Below are positions 15,388-25,321 of a DNA stretch of 56,885 bases, piece after piece (position 1 is the first letter of the stretch; the number at the start of each line of letters is the position of its first letter). Position numbers and translations under genes: made by a program. A model generated the notes under the pieces. That model worked only from the letters and a program-made list of their open reading frames with translations, had not been told where the DNA came from and did no database searches. Origin of the DNA: Candidatus Parcubacteria bacterium (GTDB taxonomy: Bacteria; Patescibacteriota; Minisyncoccia; Phycocordibacterales; PALSA-1337); the NCBI GenBank assembly GCA_041158765.1, contig JBEBAU010000021.1, positions 1 through 56,885 of the forward strand, written 5' to 3'.

Positions 15388-18300
15388 AAAAGACCATACC
15401 TATTTTAATAAGTAGCATAATCGCGCTCACGGTAGCAGCGATTTTGTTAAGGCTGCCTTTTGCGCCAGTTGATATTTCAAACGTACTGCCTGATATACAA
15501 AAAGTCGCTGACACACAAAACGCGACAAACACACAAAAAGTATCTGATACACCGAAAGTATCTAGTATACAAAAACTATTTGGCACAAAAGTAAAAAATC
15601 AAACTGCGAGCGTTCTAGATGTACTCAATGCAAGTCCCGAACTCGTTGCTTGGTATAAGTTTGATGAAACATCAGGGACAGCTGTAGCTGATGCCAGTGG
15701 ACATAACAATTCAGGAACAGCAACTGGCACCGGCATCACATGGTCTGCCTCTGGCAATGATGCCGGTGCAATTTCTTTTGCAGGGAACGGCGGGTATGTG
15801 ATCGTGCCGGCAAATCTCAATGCTACTCCGGTAACATACGCTATCTGGTTCAAGACAACAGCTGGTGGAAATCTCCTCTCTGATTCAAATCAATCAAAAG
15901 ATTCTGGAACTGAGCCAACTACTTTCAGCCCTTTTCTTATTGTACGAAGTGATGGATATCTTGGCGGAGGATGGAATAATGGCAATTCATATCCAATGCG
16001 ACAAATCACCTCAACAACAAGAGTGAATGATGGTGATTGGCACCTCGGTGTTGTTTCAAATGATGGCACAACACAGAAGCTCTATCTTGATGGAGCACTA
16101 GTGGGTGAAGAAGCGGCGGGTACACTTGCAACAGGATATCTACAGGTTGGTAATGGTAATAGTGCACACTGGGATGGTGGGTATTACGGTTGGTGGGCAT
16201 ATACAGGTCTTGCAGATAATCTCCGAATTTTTAATCGTGCTCTGAGTGACTCTGAAGCAAATGCGCTTTACTCTGATCAATTTCTTGAAACAGCGACAGC
16301 GGTGTCGTGCGCAGAAGCAGATGTTGAAAGCGCAATGAACACGGTAGCGGTTGGTGGAACTCTCATTATTCCCGCTGGTACATGTACGTGGACATATCCA
16401 CTGCATATTACACGACCAATGACTATTCAAGGTTCGGGTATTGATACAACCAATATTATTGATGCACTTGATGTTTCGAGCACACTTATATCTCACGCTG
16501 TTTTCAATCTATCAACACCTTCTGGAGCACTTACACGTTTGACCAATTTAACAATCACCGCCAACGGAACAACTGATCTCTACAACAAAGGTATTATCAA
16601 AGTTGAGGTTGATGGTTCGGATTGGCGTGTTGATCATATTAAGGTTGTAAACAGTGCCGGTGCGGTGTTTGAAATATATTCATCAGGCGGAGTTATTGAT
16701 CACAATACATTTGATGTTACCGGAGCTCATCAGGTAATTCGAAGTTTCAATGGTGTTGGAGCTGCGACAGGCGGAGATTTTTATGGAGATGTGGCATGGT
16801 CACAAGGACTTAATCTTGGTACGCGAGATAATTTCTTCTTTGTTGAAGACAATACATTCAATCAGCTCGATCCGTCACACTATATTAGTAGTGCAAGCGA
16901 TGGTGAAACCGGACAGCGTGTTGTTTTCAGACATAATACACTCAACAATATGTCATGGAATAATCACGGCCTAGATTCAAGCGGCGTTCTTCGTGGTTCG
17001 CGTTCATTTGAAATATACAAAAACATATTTAATTATGTAACAACATCTGCTCCGGGTGCCGCAAACGGAGTTTCTCTTCGTTCGGGTAACGGTGTCATCT
17101 GGGGTAATCAATTCAACGGAGAGGGAGTAACGCCAGTACCACTCTATACTGATAACTATCGAGATTGGGCCGACTTTGCACCATGGGGAGCATGTGATGG
17201 AACAAGTCCGTACGATATCAATGACAATGTGATTTATAGAACCGGTACTGCATCTATTGCGAGTGCGGTCTCAGGTGGATATATTACGTTTACAGATTCA
17301 ACTGCTTCATGGACTCCGCATCAGTGGATAGGATATTCATTACACAATACAACTCTAGGTGGAGCTGGAAGTGTTATTGTTGAAAACACCGAGACAACTA
17401 TTACCCTAAAGAACGTCGATGCCGATTCAAATAGCGGCACACATAGAACTGGTGGGGCTATACGGTGGAGTCAGGGTGATGGATATAAGATTTTGCGAGC
17501 AACTTCTTGTCTCGATCAAACAGGTCGTGGACATGGAACACTGTTCACACGAAATGGACAGAGTATTCCAACAAATCCTGTTTCTTCTCAAATTTCAGAA
17601 CCTACATATCTCTGGGACAATACCAAGAATGGTGTTGCAGTTGGTATGCAAAGTGCTTCACCACACTCAATAGAGAATAGAGATTTCTATAATAGCTCTT
17701 GTCCTGCAGGATACACTCCATATACATACCCGCACCCACTCACCGGTCTTACTGCACAAAGTCAGTCTCTTAATTGTGATGGTTCAGACCCATTACCTGA
17801 AGCACCACCAGAAGTCATAATTCCAGCACAAGACACTACCGCACCGACCATTTCATCAATTAGTGCGGGTTCTATTACTACTTCTGGAGCAGTGATTTCA
17901 TGGACAACAAATGAAGCTGCTTCATCTCTTGTTGAATACGGACTTACTACTTCATATGGGAATAGTGCAGGAAGTAGCAGTGCTCTCGTAACATCACACG
18001 AAGCAACAATGAGTGGCCTTTCAGCTAGCACCGTGTATCACTATCGAATAACATCGACTGATAGTGATGCAAATAGCGCTGTTTCTGCTGATCAAACATT
18101 CACAACTTCTGCTGCAGTTGTTCAGTCTAGTGGTGGCAGTAGTGGTGGAGGTGGGGGCGGAGGAGGAAGCTCAAGTAGCGGAGGTGGTTCTAGTGGAAAT
18201 ACAACATCAGTCGTAACACGAACTGTAGCAACTTCATCTGTTTCAACTTCTACAAAAGCAGTTACAACAACAGTAATAACAACGCCAACAAAAGTTACTA

Positions 18301-19085
18301 TCTCTCCAATACCTGCACAGTATATCAACCTACCAAAATACACACGCTCAGCAGACAACGTTATCTTGCAGAATGCTCTTATAGCTCGCGGGTATCTAGC
18401 GCCAGGCCTCAATACTGGTTATTACGGTGAAATGACTGCAATTGCTGTGGTCAAATATAAGCAATCTCTTGGTAGTTCTGCTTCAAATACCATTACGCAA
18501 CCACCAGTACAAACAGCTACAGTATCAAAAACTCCTTCTAAAACTGTTGTAATACCGACATCATATGAAAAAATTCCTCTTTATTCACGAGGAGCGGCAG
18601 TAACTGAACTACAAAAGCTCCTCGTTTCAGCTGGATATCTTAATGCTGCGTATGTCACTGGATATTATGGACAACTCACAAAAGCAGCATTTGATGCATA
18701 CAAAGCAAAAGCGAATACAACTAGTGTAGCGCCAACTATTTCACCAAAAACCACAACAACAAAAACTGTCGCAACAACCACCACAAAAACTTCACCAATT
18801 GTCGTACCAAAAGCCGTAACCGCCACAACAACAGTATTTACTCGAACTATGTCAGAAGGCTCAACGGGTGCTGATGTGCTCGCACTCAAAACATTCCTCA
18901 ATACCCGTGGCTTCACGGTAACTTCATCTGGTAACACCTATGATGCCGCCACAACCAAGGCCGTCGCACAATTTCAGCGAGTATATTCTGCTGTTCTCTC
19001 AGATCCAAGCGGTATTGTAGGTGAATCAGGTACCGTAGGAGTTGCTACACTCAAACTCATCAATCAGATTAATGCGAAGAAATAA
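15384..19085 (+). CDS. large cell-surface protein: TM anchor, LamG-like lectin domain, beta-helix-like region, Fn3-like domain, G/S linker, three peptidoglycan-binding repeats
   Basis: ATGA overlap with tkt. LamG pattern LVAWYKFDETSGTAVADASGHNNSGTATG...LRIFNRALSDSEANALY. Fn3-like ISWTTNEAASSLVEYGLTTSYG...TVYHYRITSTD. Three PG_binding_1-like repeats (e.g. AVTELQKLLVSAGYLNAAYVTGYYGQLTKAAFDAYK). Confidence 0.8.
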   Translation: MKKTIPILISSIIALTVAAILLRLPFAPVDISNVLPDIQKVADTQNATNTQKVSDTPKVSSIQKLFGTKVKNQTASVLDVLNASPELVAWYKFDETSGTAVADASGHNNSGTATGTGITWSASGNDAGAISFAGNGGYVIVPANLNATPVTYAIWFKTTAGGNLLSDSNQSKDSGTEPTTFSPFLIVRSDGYLGGGWNNGNSYPMRQITSTTRVNDGDWHLGVVSNDGTTQKLYLDGALVGEEAAGTLATGYLQVGNGNSAHWDGGYYGWWAYTGLADNLRIFNRALSDSEANALYSDQFLETATAVSCAEADVESAMNTVAVGGTLIIPAGTCTWTYPLHITRPMTIQGSGIDTTNIIDALDVSSTLISHAVFNLSTPSGALTRLTNLTITANGTTDLYNKGIIKVEVDGSDWRVDHIKVVNSAGAVFEIYSSGGVIDHNTFDVTGAHQVIRSFNGVGAATGGDFYGDVAWSQGLNLGTRDNFFFVEDNTFNQLDPSHYISSASDGETGQRVVFRHNTLNNMSWNNHGLDSSGVLRGSRSFEIYKNIFNYVTTSAPGAANGVSLRSGNGVIWGNQFNGEGVTPVPLYTDNYRDWADFAPWGACDGTSPYDINDNVIYRTGTASIASAVSGGYITFTDSTASWTPHQWIGYSLHNTTLGGAGSVIVENTETTITLKNVDADSNSGTHRTGGAIRWSQGDGYKILRATSCLDQTGRGHGTLFTRNGQSIPTNPVSSQISEPTYLWDNTKNGVAVGMQSASPHSIENRDFYNSSCPAGYTPYTYPHPLTGLTAQSQSLNCDGSDPLPEAPPEVIIPAQDTTAPTISSISAGSITTSGAVISWTTNEAASSLVEYGLTTSYGNSAGSSSALVTSHEATMSGLSASTVYHYRITSTDSDANSAVSADQTFTTSAAVVQSSGGSSGGGGGGGGSSSSGGGSSGNTTSVVTRTVATSSVSTSTKAVTTTVITTPTKVTISPIPAQYINLPKYTRSADNVILQNALIARGYLAPGLNTGYYGEMTAIAVVKYKQSLGSSASNTITQPPVQTATVSKTPSKTVVIPTSYEKIPLYSRGAAVTELQKLLVSAGYLNAAYVTGYYGQLTKAAFDAYKAKANTTSVAPTISPKTTTTKTVATTTTKTSPIVVPKAVTATTTVFTRTMSEGSTGADVLALKTFLNTRGFTVTSSGNTYDAATTKAVAQFQRVYSAVLSDPSGIVGESGTVGVATLKLINQINAKK

Positions 19086-20876
19086 TTAGCTCTTTCTCTT
19101 CTGTTTGAGCAACATTTCAACAGCGTGTTCCATAGAACCTGCTGGAGTAATTGTGCCACTATTCACGAAGAATATTTCATCGGCATTCTCAATAGTGTTG
19201 AGACGGTGCGCGATAATAACGACTGTCGTATGTGCAGGAAGTTTGCGTAGGATTGCATCAAGAAGCTGTTCGGTAACTGTATCAATATTAGCAGTTGCCT
19301 CATCAAGAATGAGCAAATCAGGCTGACGAAGTACTGCACGAATGAAAGCAATAAGTTGGCGCTGTCCGAGTGAAAGCGTCTCTGCATTGCCAGCGACTTT
19401 GGTATCAAGACCACCTTCGAATCTATCAAGAAGGGTATCGAGACCTTCTTCTTTCAAAAGTTTTGAAAGTGTTTCGGCTGAATCACCAATGTGCTTAGAA
19501 TTTCCATAGAGAATATTTTCACGAACTGTACCACTAAAGAGGAATGGATCTTGGAGGATGAAACCAATCTTGCTAGCGCGTTCTTCTGGCGTATACGTAC
19601 GAATATCTCGTCCGTCAAAGCGTATTACACCTGATGTTGGATCAAAAAGCCGTGCGATAAGTGATGCGGTGGTAGTTTTGCCTCCACCAGTGGGTCCTAC
19701 GAGGGCATATGTTTTGCCTTTTTCAAGGTTGAAAGTAATGTTTTTCAATACGGTCTTCTCAGGTGAATACTGAAATGAAACATTCTCGAACTGTACAAGT
19801 GGTGTTGATGACGCTGAGCCTTTTTGTGTTGTTGTGTCACTTGCTTGTAACGGAATAGTTACGAGATCTGATTTCATATGTATGATTTCTGAAATTCGAT
19901 CCCATCCTGCGAGGGCAATCTGCATTGTTGACCAGAAGCTCGCAAACTGACGAAGTGGATCGTAGAAGCGTCCGATATAAATGAGGAAGCTGATCAGAAT
20001 ACCAATAGCGAGTTGTCCTTGTGTAATAAGATATATTCCATAGATGAAAACAATAAGCTGAGCGATATTTGCAGCAAAATCATATACCGGCATGAAGAGA
20101 TTACTACCGAGTCCTGCGAGCACTGATGCGCGGAAATTAGTAAGGTTTGCAATAGAAAACTTCTGTTTGAAATAATCGCGTCGATTGAATGCAATAATTG
20201 CTTTGAAATTACCGAGGCTTTCTTGAATTTCAGAACTCAAATTACCTTCAGCCCGAAGACTTCGAAGCGTGGTTCTTTTCACCCAACCAGATACGAATTG
20301 TGTGAAGATAATGAGTATTCCTGCGGGTATAAGTGCAGCGAGTCCAAGTCTCCAGTTGATTATGAGAATGAAAAGGGCAGCACCAATAATGGTAAAGGCA
20401 TTTCCTGTAAATTGCATGAGTGATTGTGAGAAGAAATGATTGAGCTTGTCAGTGTCATTATTGATACGTGAAATAAGATCTCCGGTCTTATTCTGATTGA
20501 AAAATGCAACAGGAAGTTCCTGCAATTTTGTGAAAACACTATCCCTTAATCGGAAAAGGGTGCGTTGACCGACACCGCCCATCACGCGGGTTTGTACATA
20601 TCCTCCACAAAATGCAATTGCGTATACTCCCACAAGAATTCCTGAGAATACCAGTACTCCATGGAAATCTCGTCCAGATATATAGGTATCAATCGTATAT
20701 CCCACAAGGAGCGGGCCGAGGAGGGTCATACCGGAGTTCACAATAATAGCTGCAATTGCAATAGCAATATTCTTCTTTTCATATGAAAGAAGCCCTATCA
20801 TTTTTGCGAAGGCTTTCCAGACCGAAGTCTTCGCCTCAAGTTCAGAATCGTTAGTTGTATTGAGTTTATAGTTCAT
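19086..20876 (-). CDS. ABC transporter ATP-binding/permease protein (type I exporter half-transporter)
   Basis: Six-TM domain plus an NBD with Walker A GPTGGGKTT, signature LSLGQRQ and Walker B LLILDEAT. Confidence 0.9.
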   Translation of the reverse strand: MNYKLNTTNDSELEAKTSVWKAFAKMIGLLSYEKKNIAIAIAAIIVNSGMTLLGPLLVGYTIDTYISGRDFHGVLVFSGILVGVYAIAFCGGYVQTRVMGGVGQRTLFRLRDSVFTKLQELPVAFFNQNKTGDLISRINNDTDKLNHFFSQSLMQFTGNAFTIIGAALFILIINWRLGLAALIPAGILIIFTQFVSGWVKRTTLRSLRAEGNLSSEIQESLGNFKAIIAFNRRDYFKQKFSIANLTNFRASVLAGLGSNLFMPVYDFAANIAQLIVFIYGIYLITQGQLAIGILISFLIYIGRFYDPLRQFASFWSTMQIALAGWDRISEIIHMKSDLVTIPLQASDTTTQKGSASSTPLVQFENVSFQYSPEKTVLKNITFNLEKGKTYALVGPTGGGKTTTASLIARLFDPTSGVIRFDGRDIRTYTPEERASKIGFILQDPFLFSGTVRENILYGNSKHIGDSAETLSKLLKEEGLDTLLDRFEGGLDTKVAGNAETLSLGQRQLIAFIRAVLRQPDLLILDEATANIDTVTEQLLDAILRKLPAHTTVVIIAHRLNTIENADEIFFVNSGTITPAGSMEHAVEMLLKQKRKS

Positions 20877-22599
20877 GTTGTGTAGTGCTACGTTGTGAAT
20901 CGTATATCTGTACGTATTCTGGTGAAGTATTCATGAGCTCCTCGTGTGTGCCTTTTGCAAGAAGCTCTCCTTCCATGAGGAGAATGATCTGATCAAAATC
21001 TTCAACAGAATTGATTTTTTGAGTTACTGAAATAAGTGTGATATCGGGATAATTAGCGCGAACATTTGCAAGAATTTTTGTTTCGGTTGCGCTATCAACA
21101 CGTGCGGTGAAATCATCGAGCAAAAGGATTTTGGGATTGAGAGCAAGTGCTCGAGCGAGCATAATGCGTTGTTTTTGACCTCCAGAAAGGCTTGTGCCTC
21201 GCTCCATAACCATAGCATCGAGGCGACCTGGGAGTGTATCAACGAACTCACTTAGTTCAGCGGTATCGAGTGCTTTTTTCAAACTCGCATCCGTTACCGA
21301 AGTGTTGAAAGCGATATTTTCTCGAAGACTCATATTGAACATAATGCTGTCTTGGAATACGATGCCGATATGTTGGTGGAGCGATTCGGTTTCGTATTCA
21401 GTTATGGGCCGACCGTCGTAGAGGACTTGACCGGATGTTGGAGGAAGGATGCCGGTGAGGAGGTAGAGGAGATGAGTTTTGCCGGCAGCGGTCGGCCCAA
21501 GAATAGCTGTACGAGAACCACCTTTTATTTTGAATGAAATATCCTTCAATATGGTTTTTTCCCCAATAACAATTGATACGTCACGTATCTCGATATCACC
21601 AGTAAGATTTGCGACGACGGTGCCTGTTGTTTTTTCAACATGAGCATTGAGTGTTTCAGAAACACGACCATATGAAGCTGCTGCACGAGTGATTGAATTC
21701 ATGAGAAAGCCAATCATAATGAGCGGGAATATAATGATTCCAAGATATGAAACAAATGCTGTGAATGTACCAATAGTCATTGAACCGACAATAATGAAAT
21801 GCCCACCAAGTATCAAGATAACAAGTGTCGAGAGTCCAGCAATAAAACCAATAGAAGGGAATGTGAAAGCGAAGACGTGGGCAATCTGAATACCAATTTG
21901 AGCTGATTTACCATTCGCTTCAGCGAATTTTGTGTTCTCGGTGTTCTTTGAATCAAGGACGCGAACAACAGCTGCTCCGAGAATGCTTTCATTAATGATT
22001 TTGTTGAGCCAGTCAATAACTTCTTGGCTTTTTTTGAAAACAGGGCCGAGGATTTTGAAAACAACAGCGAATACAATAGTAATAAGTGGGAGCGTAGCAA
22101 GTACGGCAGTTGCAAGTCTCCAATCAATCATGAGCATAAGTATGGCAGCACCAATTACAAGAAATAGTGATGAAATGAGGGTAACTACTGCTTGTCCTGC
22201 AAATTGCTTGATATTATCAATATCTGAAGTGAGGTTAGTGAGAAGTTTGCCTGAGCCGAGCTTGGCAACGTAGCTATAGCTTTGTTCAGCGATTTTTGAA
22301 ATAATTTGTTCTCGAAGATTTCGAGCGATTTTTTCTGAAGCGTAGGTTTGCGCAATACTCTGAAAATACGCAAAAATAAATGTTCCAAAGGATATAAGTG
22401 CGAATTCCCAAACGAGCACCCACAAAATAGTATTTGTTTGTGTGTAGGTGTCGATACCGCGAGCAATTATCTTCGGCAAGAGTAAGTTCAGGCCATTTGT
22501 CGCAAAACCAAGCAAAATAAGGCCGATCATGAGTGATCGGTACGGCTTGAGAATACCAAAAAGGCTCGGATTTGTTGGCTGTTTGGGTTTCATATTCAT
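20866..22599 (-). CDS. ABC transporter ATP-binding/permease protein (partner half-transporter)
   Basis: Walker A GPTAAGKTH, signature LSGGQKQR, LLLLDDFT. The start is moved to ATG 22599, which lies 8 nt downstream of TGcTATATT. The longer ORF reads through an intergenic inverted repeat. Confidence 0.85.
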   Translation of the reverse strand: MNMKPKQPTNPSLFGILKPYRSLMIGLILLGFATNGLNLLLPKIIARGIDTYTQTNTILWVLVWEFALISFGTFIFAYFQSIAQTYASEKIARNLREQIISKIAEQSYSYVAKLGSGKLLTNLTSDIDNIKQFAGQAVVTLISSLFLVIGAAILMLMIDWRLATAVLATLPLITIVFAVVFKILGPVFKKSQEVIDWLNKIINESILGAAVVRVLDSKNTENTKFAEANGKSAQIGIQIAHVFAFTFPSIGFIAGLSTLVILILGGHFIIVGSMTIGTFTAFVSYLGIIIFPLIMIGFLMNSITRAAASYGRVSETLNAHVEKTTGTVVANLTGDIEIRDVSIVIGEKTILKDISFKIKGGSRTAILGPTAAGKTHLLYLLTGILPPTSGQVLYDGRPITEYETESLHQHIGIVFQDSIMFNMSLRENIAFNTSVTDASLKKALDTAELSEFVDTLPGRLDAMVMERGTSLSGGQKQRIMLARALALNPKILLLDDFTARVDSATETKILANVRANYPDITLISVTQKINSVEDFDQIILLMEGELLAKGTHEELMNTSPEYVQIYDSQRSTTQHEL

Positions 22600-22664
22600 G
22601 AAGATTAAATATAGCACAAATAAGGGTATTTTTCGTCGTGATTTCGGGGTAATACTGCCTATCA

Positions 22665-22723
22665 GGAAAAATTCGGACAACTGAATTTGCATATCGTGTA
22701 TATGCAGTTGTCCGAATTTTTCC
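22665..22723. repeat. inverted-repeat element, copy A (19-bp perfect arms, 21-nt spacer)
   Basis: GGAAAAATTCGGACAACTG (22665-22683) and CAGTTGTCCGAATTTTTCC (22705-22723). Same core as the copies at 34031 and 44059. Confidence 0.85.
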
Positions 22724-22813
22724 TTTTTCATTTTTTCATACCAAACCTCGACGAGGTCAAAATTCTTTTCCAAAAACCCTATATTCTGTTATATTTACTG
22801 TGCAACACACTAT

Positions 22814-25168
22814 ATGAATGAAAAATTCCTAAAACCCTATAACTCCGCTGAAGCTGAGGAGCGAATCAGTAAACTCTGGGATGAGAGTGGCTTTTTCAAT
22901 CCAGATAATCTTCCGACTAATACCGGTGCACTCGATAGTGACGGCCAGCCACGCTTCAGTAAGCCTTTTTCTATTATTCTTCCGCCGCCGAATGTTACAG
23001 GGACACTTCATGCGGGACATGCAATGATGCTTGCGGTGCAGGACATCATTATTCGTTTTGAACGTATGCGTGGCAAAAAAACCCTCTGGCTTCCTGGAAC
23101 TGATCATGCCGCAATCGCTACTCAATCAAAAGTCGAAGGAATTATCTACAAAGAAGAGGGAAAACGTCGCCACGACCTTGGGCGCGAAGAACTTCTCAAG
23201 CGCGTTGAGCAATTTGCACAAAACAGCCACGACACTATCGTGAGTCAAGTGAAGGCTATGGGTTCATCAGTAGATTGGTCTCGAGAGGCTTTCACCCTTG
23301 ATGAAATTCGAAACAAAGCCGTGCGCACAGCTTTCAAACAAATGTATGACGATGGCATCATATATAGAGGATATCGTATTGTGAATTGGGATGTGAAAGG
23401 TCAGACAACAATTTCAGATGATGAAATTGTCTACGTTGAACAAAAGAGCAAACTATACACATTCAGATACGGCAAAACCGAGACCGGAGAGCCTTTTCCA
23501 ATTCCTATTGCCTCAGGAAGACCTGAGACAAAAGTCGGCGACGTAGCTGTTGCTGTTCATCCTGATGATGCTCGATACAAGCAATATATTGGTAAAGAAT
23601 ACAAAGTTAATTTTGCTGGTACACAACTTACAATCAAGGTTGTTGGTGATGAGGCTGCTCAACCTGAATTCGGTACAGGAGCTGTCGGTGTTACACCATG
23701 TCATAGCATGACGGACTGGGATATTGCAGAGCGACACGGTTTGCGAAAAGATCTCATTGTTATTAATGAAGTTGGCAAAATGACCGAAGCAGCGGGCCCT
23801 ATGGTTGCCGGCAAAAAAATCGCAGAAGCTCGCACAACTATTGTTGAATGGCTCAAATCTGAGGGTTTACTGGAAAAAGAGGAGGATATTGTACAAAATG
23901 TCACAACTGCTGAGCGAACAGGAGGTGTTATCGAACCATTGCCGAAGCTTCAGTGGTTTGTAAGTGCAACCAAGCGTTTCACTCAGAAGTTCGGGCCGAA
24001 TGCTGGCAAAGAAACCTCTCTCAAAGAGCTCATGTTGGGCGCAGTACGTGCCAATGGTGGAGAAATTGAAATAATTCCAGATCGTTTCGAGAAAACCTAT
24101 CTTCACTGGATAGAGAATCTTCGTGATTGGTGTATTTCGAGACAAATTTGGTATGGGCATCGGATTCCGGTTTGGTATCGAACTGATGCTTCTGGCAAAG
24201 AAGAAGTTTTTGTTGGAGTAGAAGCACCACAAAATAGTGCAGATGGTGTTGGTGCATGGAAACAAGACGAGGATACACTTGATACATGGTTTTCATCGGG
24301 TCTTTGGACATTCTCAACGCTTGGTTGGCCAGACGCTTGGGATCCACAAGCAAATGGTGGCAAGGGTGGAGCACGTCCTGGTACAGATTTGGCGCTCTAT
24401 CATCCAACCGATATTCTCGAGACTGGTCGCGACATTATCTTCTTCTGGGTTGCGCGTATGATTCTCATGTCAACGTATTTGATTGGTGAAATTCCTTTCA
24501 AAACTGTGTATCTTCATGGTCTTGTTCTCGATGGTGCTGGCAAAAAAATGTCAAAATCCCTTGGAAATGTCATTGATCCACTTGCCATGAAAGAAAAGTA
24601 TGGCGCCGATGCTTTCAGACTTTCACTCATTATCGGCACTGGCCCAGGTAATGACAGTCGTATTTCAGATGACAAAATTAAAGGATACAGAAACTTCGCA
24701 AATAAGTTATGGAATATTGCGCGTTTCATTCTTTCGAATACCACAGGAGAAAGCGAGACGAATAAGCCGTCTGCTGGCATACTCATTCCTCCTGCAATTG
24801 ATTATGATCCGGCTTTCAGCGCGTTTTCAGATGCAGACAGCAAGCTTATCGAAGAACTTGATGCGCTTATTGTTGAAATTACAAAGGAAATGGAGGAGTA
24901 CAAGTTCTATATTGTTGCCGAAAAGCTCTATCACTATGCATGGGATAAGCTCGCAGCTGATATTCTCGAGGATAGCAAGAAGATTTTTGCAGCAGGAGAT
25001 GCAGCTGCGATACGTTCACGTCAACAATTCCTTTTGCGAGCGCTCGATCGCTTGCTTCGTGTTCTACATCCTTTCATTCCGTTTGTGACGGAGGAGATTT
25101 GGTCTCATATACCAAAATCAAAAAATCGGACAGTTGGCTTACTCATGATTTCTGAATGGCCAGAGTAA
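22814..25168 (+). CDS. valS: valine--tRNA ligase (short form lacking the C-terminal coiled coil)
   Basis: PPPNVTGTLHAGHA (HIGH), KMSKSLGN, CP1 editing region. Ends shortly after ...HPFIPFVTEEIW.... Confidence 0.93.
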   Translation: MNEKFLKPYNSAEAEERISKLWDESGFFNPDNLPTNTGALDSDGQPRFSKPFSIILPPPNVTGTLHAGHAMMLAVQDIIIRFERMRGKKTLWLPGTDHAAIATQSKVEGIIYKEEGKRRHDLGREELLKRVEQFAQNSHDTIVSQVKAMGSSVDWSREAFTLDEIRNKAVRTAFKQMYDDGIIYRGYRIVNWDVKGQTTISDDEIVYVEQKSKLYTFRYGKTETGEPFPIPIASGRPETKVGDVAVAVHPDDARYKQYIGKEYKVNFAGTQLTIKVVGDEAAQPEFGTGAVGVTPCHSMTDWDIAERHGLRKDLIVINEVGKMTEAAGPMVAGKKIAEARTTIVEWLKSEGLLEKEEDIVQNVTTAERTGGVIEPLPKLQWFVSATKRFTQKFGPNAGKETSLKELMLGAVRANGGEIEIIPDRFEKTYLHWIENLRDWCISRQIWYGHRIPVWYRTDASGKEEVFVGVEAPQNSADGVGAWKQDEDTLDTWFSSGLWTFSTLGWPDAWDPQANGGKGGARPGTDLALYHPTDILETGRDIIFFWVARMILMSTYLIGEIPFKTVYLHGLVLDGAGKKMSKSLGNVIDPLAMKEKYGADAFRLSLIIGTGPGNDSRISDDKIKGYRNFANKLWNIARFILSNTTGESETNKPSAGILIPPAIDYDPAFSAFSDADSKLIEELDALIVEITKEMEEYKFYIVAEKLYHYAWDKLAADILEDSKKIFAAGDAAAIRSRQQFLLRALDRLLRVLHPFIPFVTEEIWSHIPKSKNRTVGLLMISEWPE

Positions 25169-25321
25169 TCTAGCTCATAATTTATTACAGCGAAGTTACT
25201 GTGATACTCTCTCCACAAGCAAATTCCTTTCGAATATAAGTAATAAGATTTCCACCTATTTATTTTTATTTAAGAGTCTATAGTAAAAGAAACATCACAT
25301 TTATTAGATTAAAAGAGGAGA

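Noticed and set aside
18128-18197. GGN/AGY-rich tract encoding SSGGSSGGGGGGGGSSSSGGGSSG in the large surface protein.
   Set aside because: It is a low-complexity flexible linker between the Fn3-like and PG-binding parts, not a regular nucleotide tandem repeat or a CRISPR-like structure.
19083-19088. The stop codons of the convergent surface-protein gene (TAA 19083-19085) and ABC transporter gene (complement of 19086-19088) abut with zero spacer and no terminator. The EamA/ATP-grasp convergent pair also overlaps, by 9 nt at 30244-30252.
   Set aside because: Tight convergent packing is common in reduced genomes. It implies antisense overlap of the 3' ends, but nothing in the sequence itself points to a specific mechanism.
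22600-22773. 58-codon N-terminal extension of the second ABC transporter ORF (MEKNFDLVEVWYEKM...).
   Set aside because: It reads straight through the intergenic inverted repeat (22665-22723). It has no ABC-like features. The in-frame ATG at 22599 has a TGcTATATT box 8 nt upstream, like other genes here.
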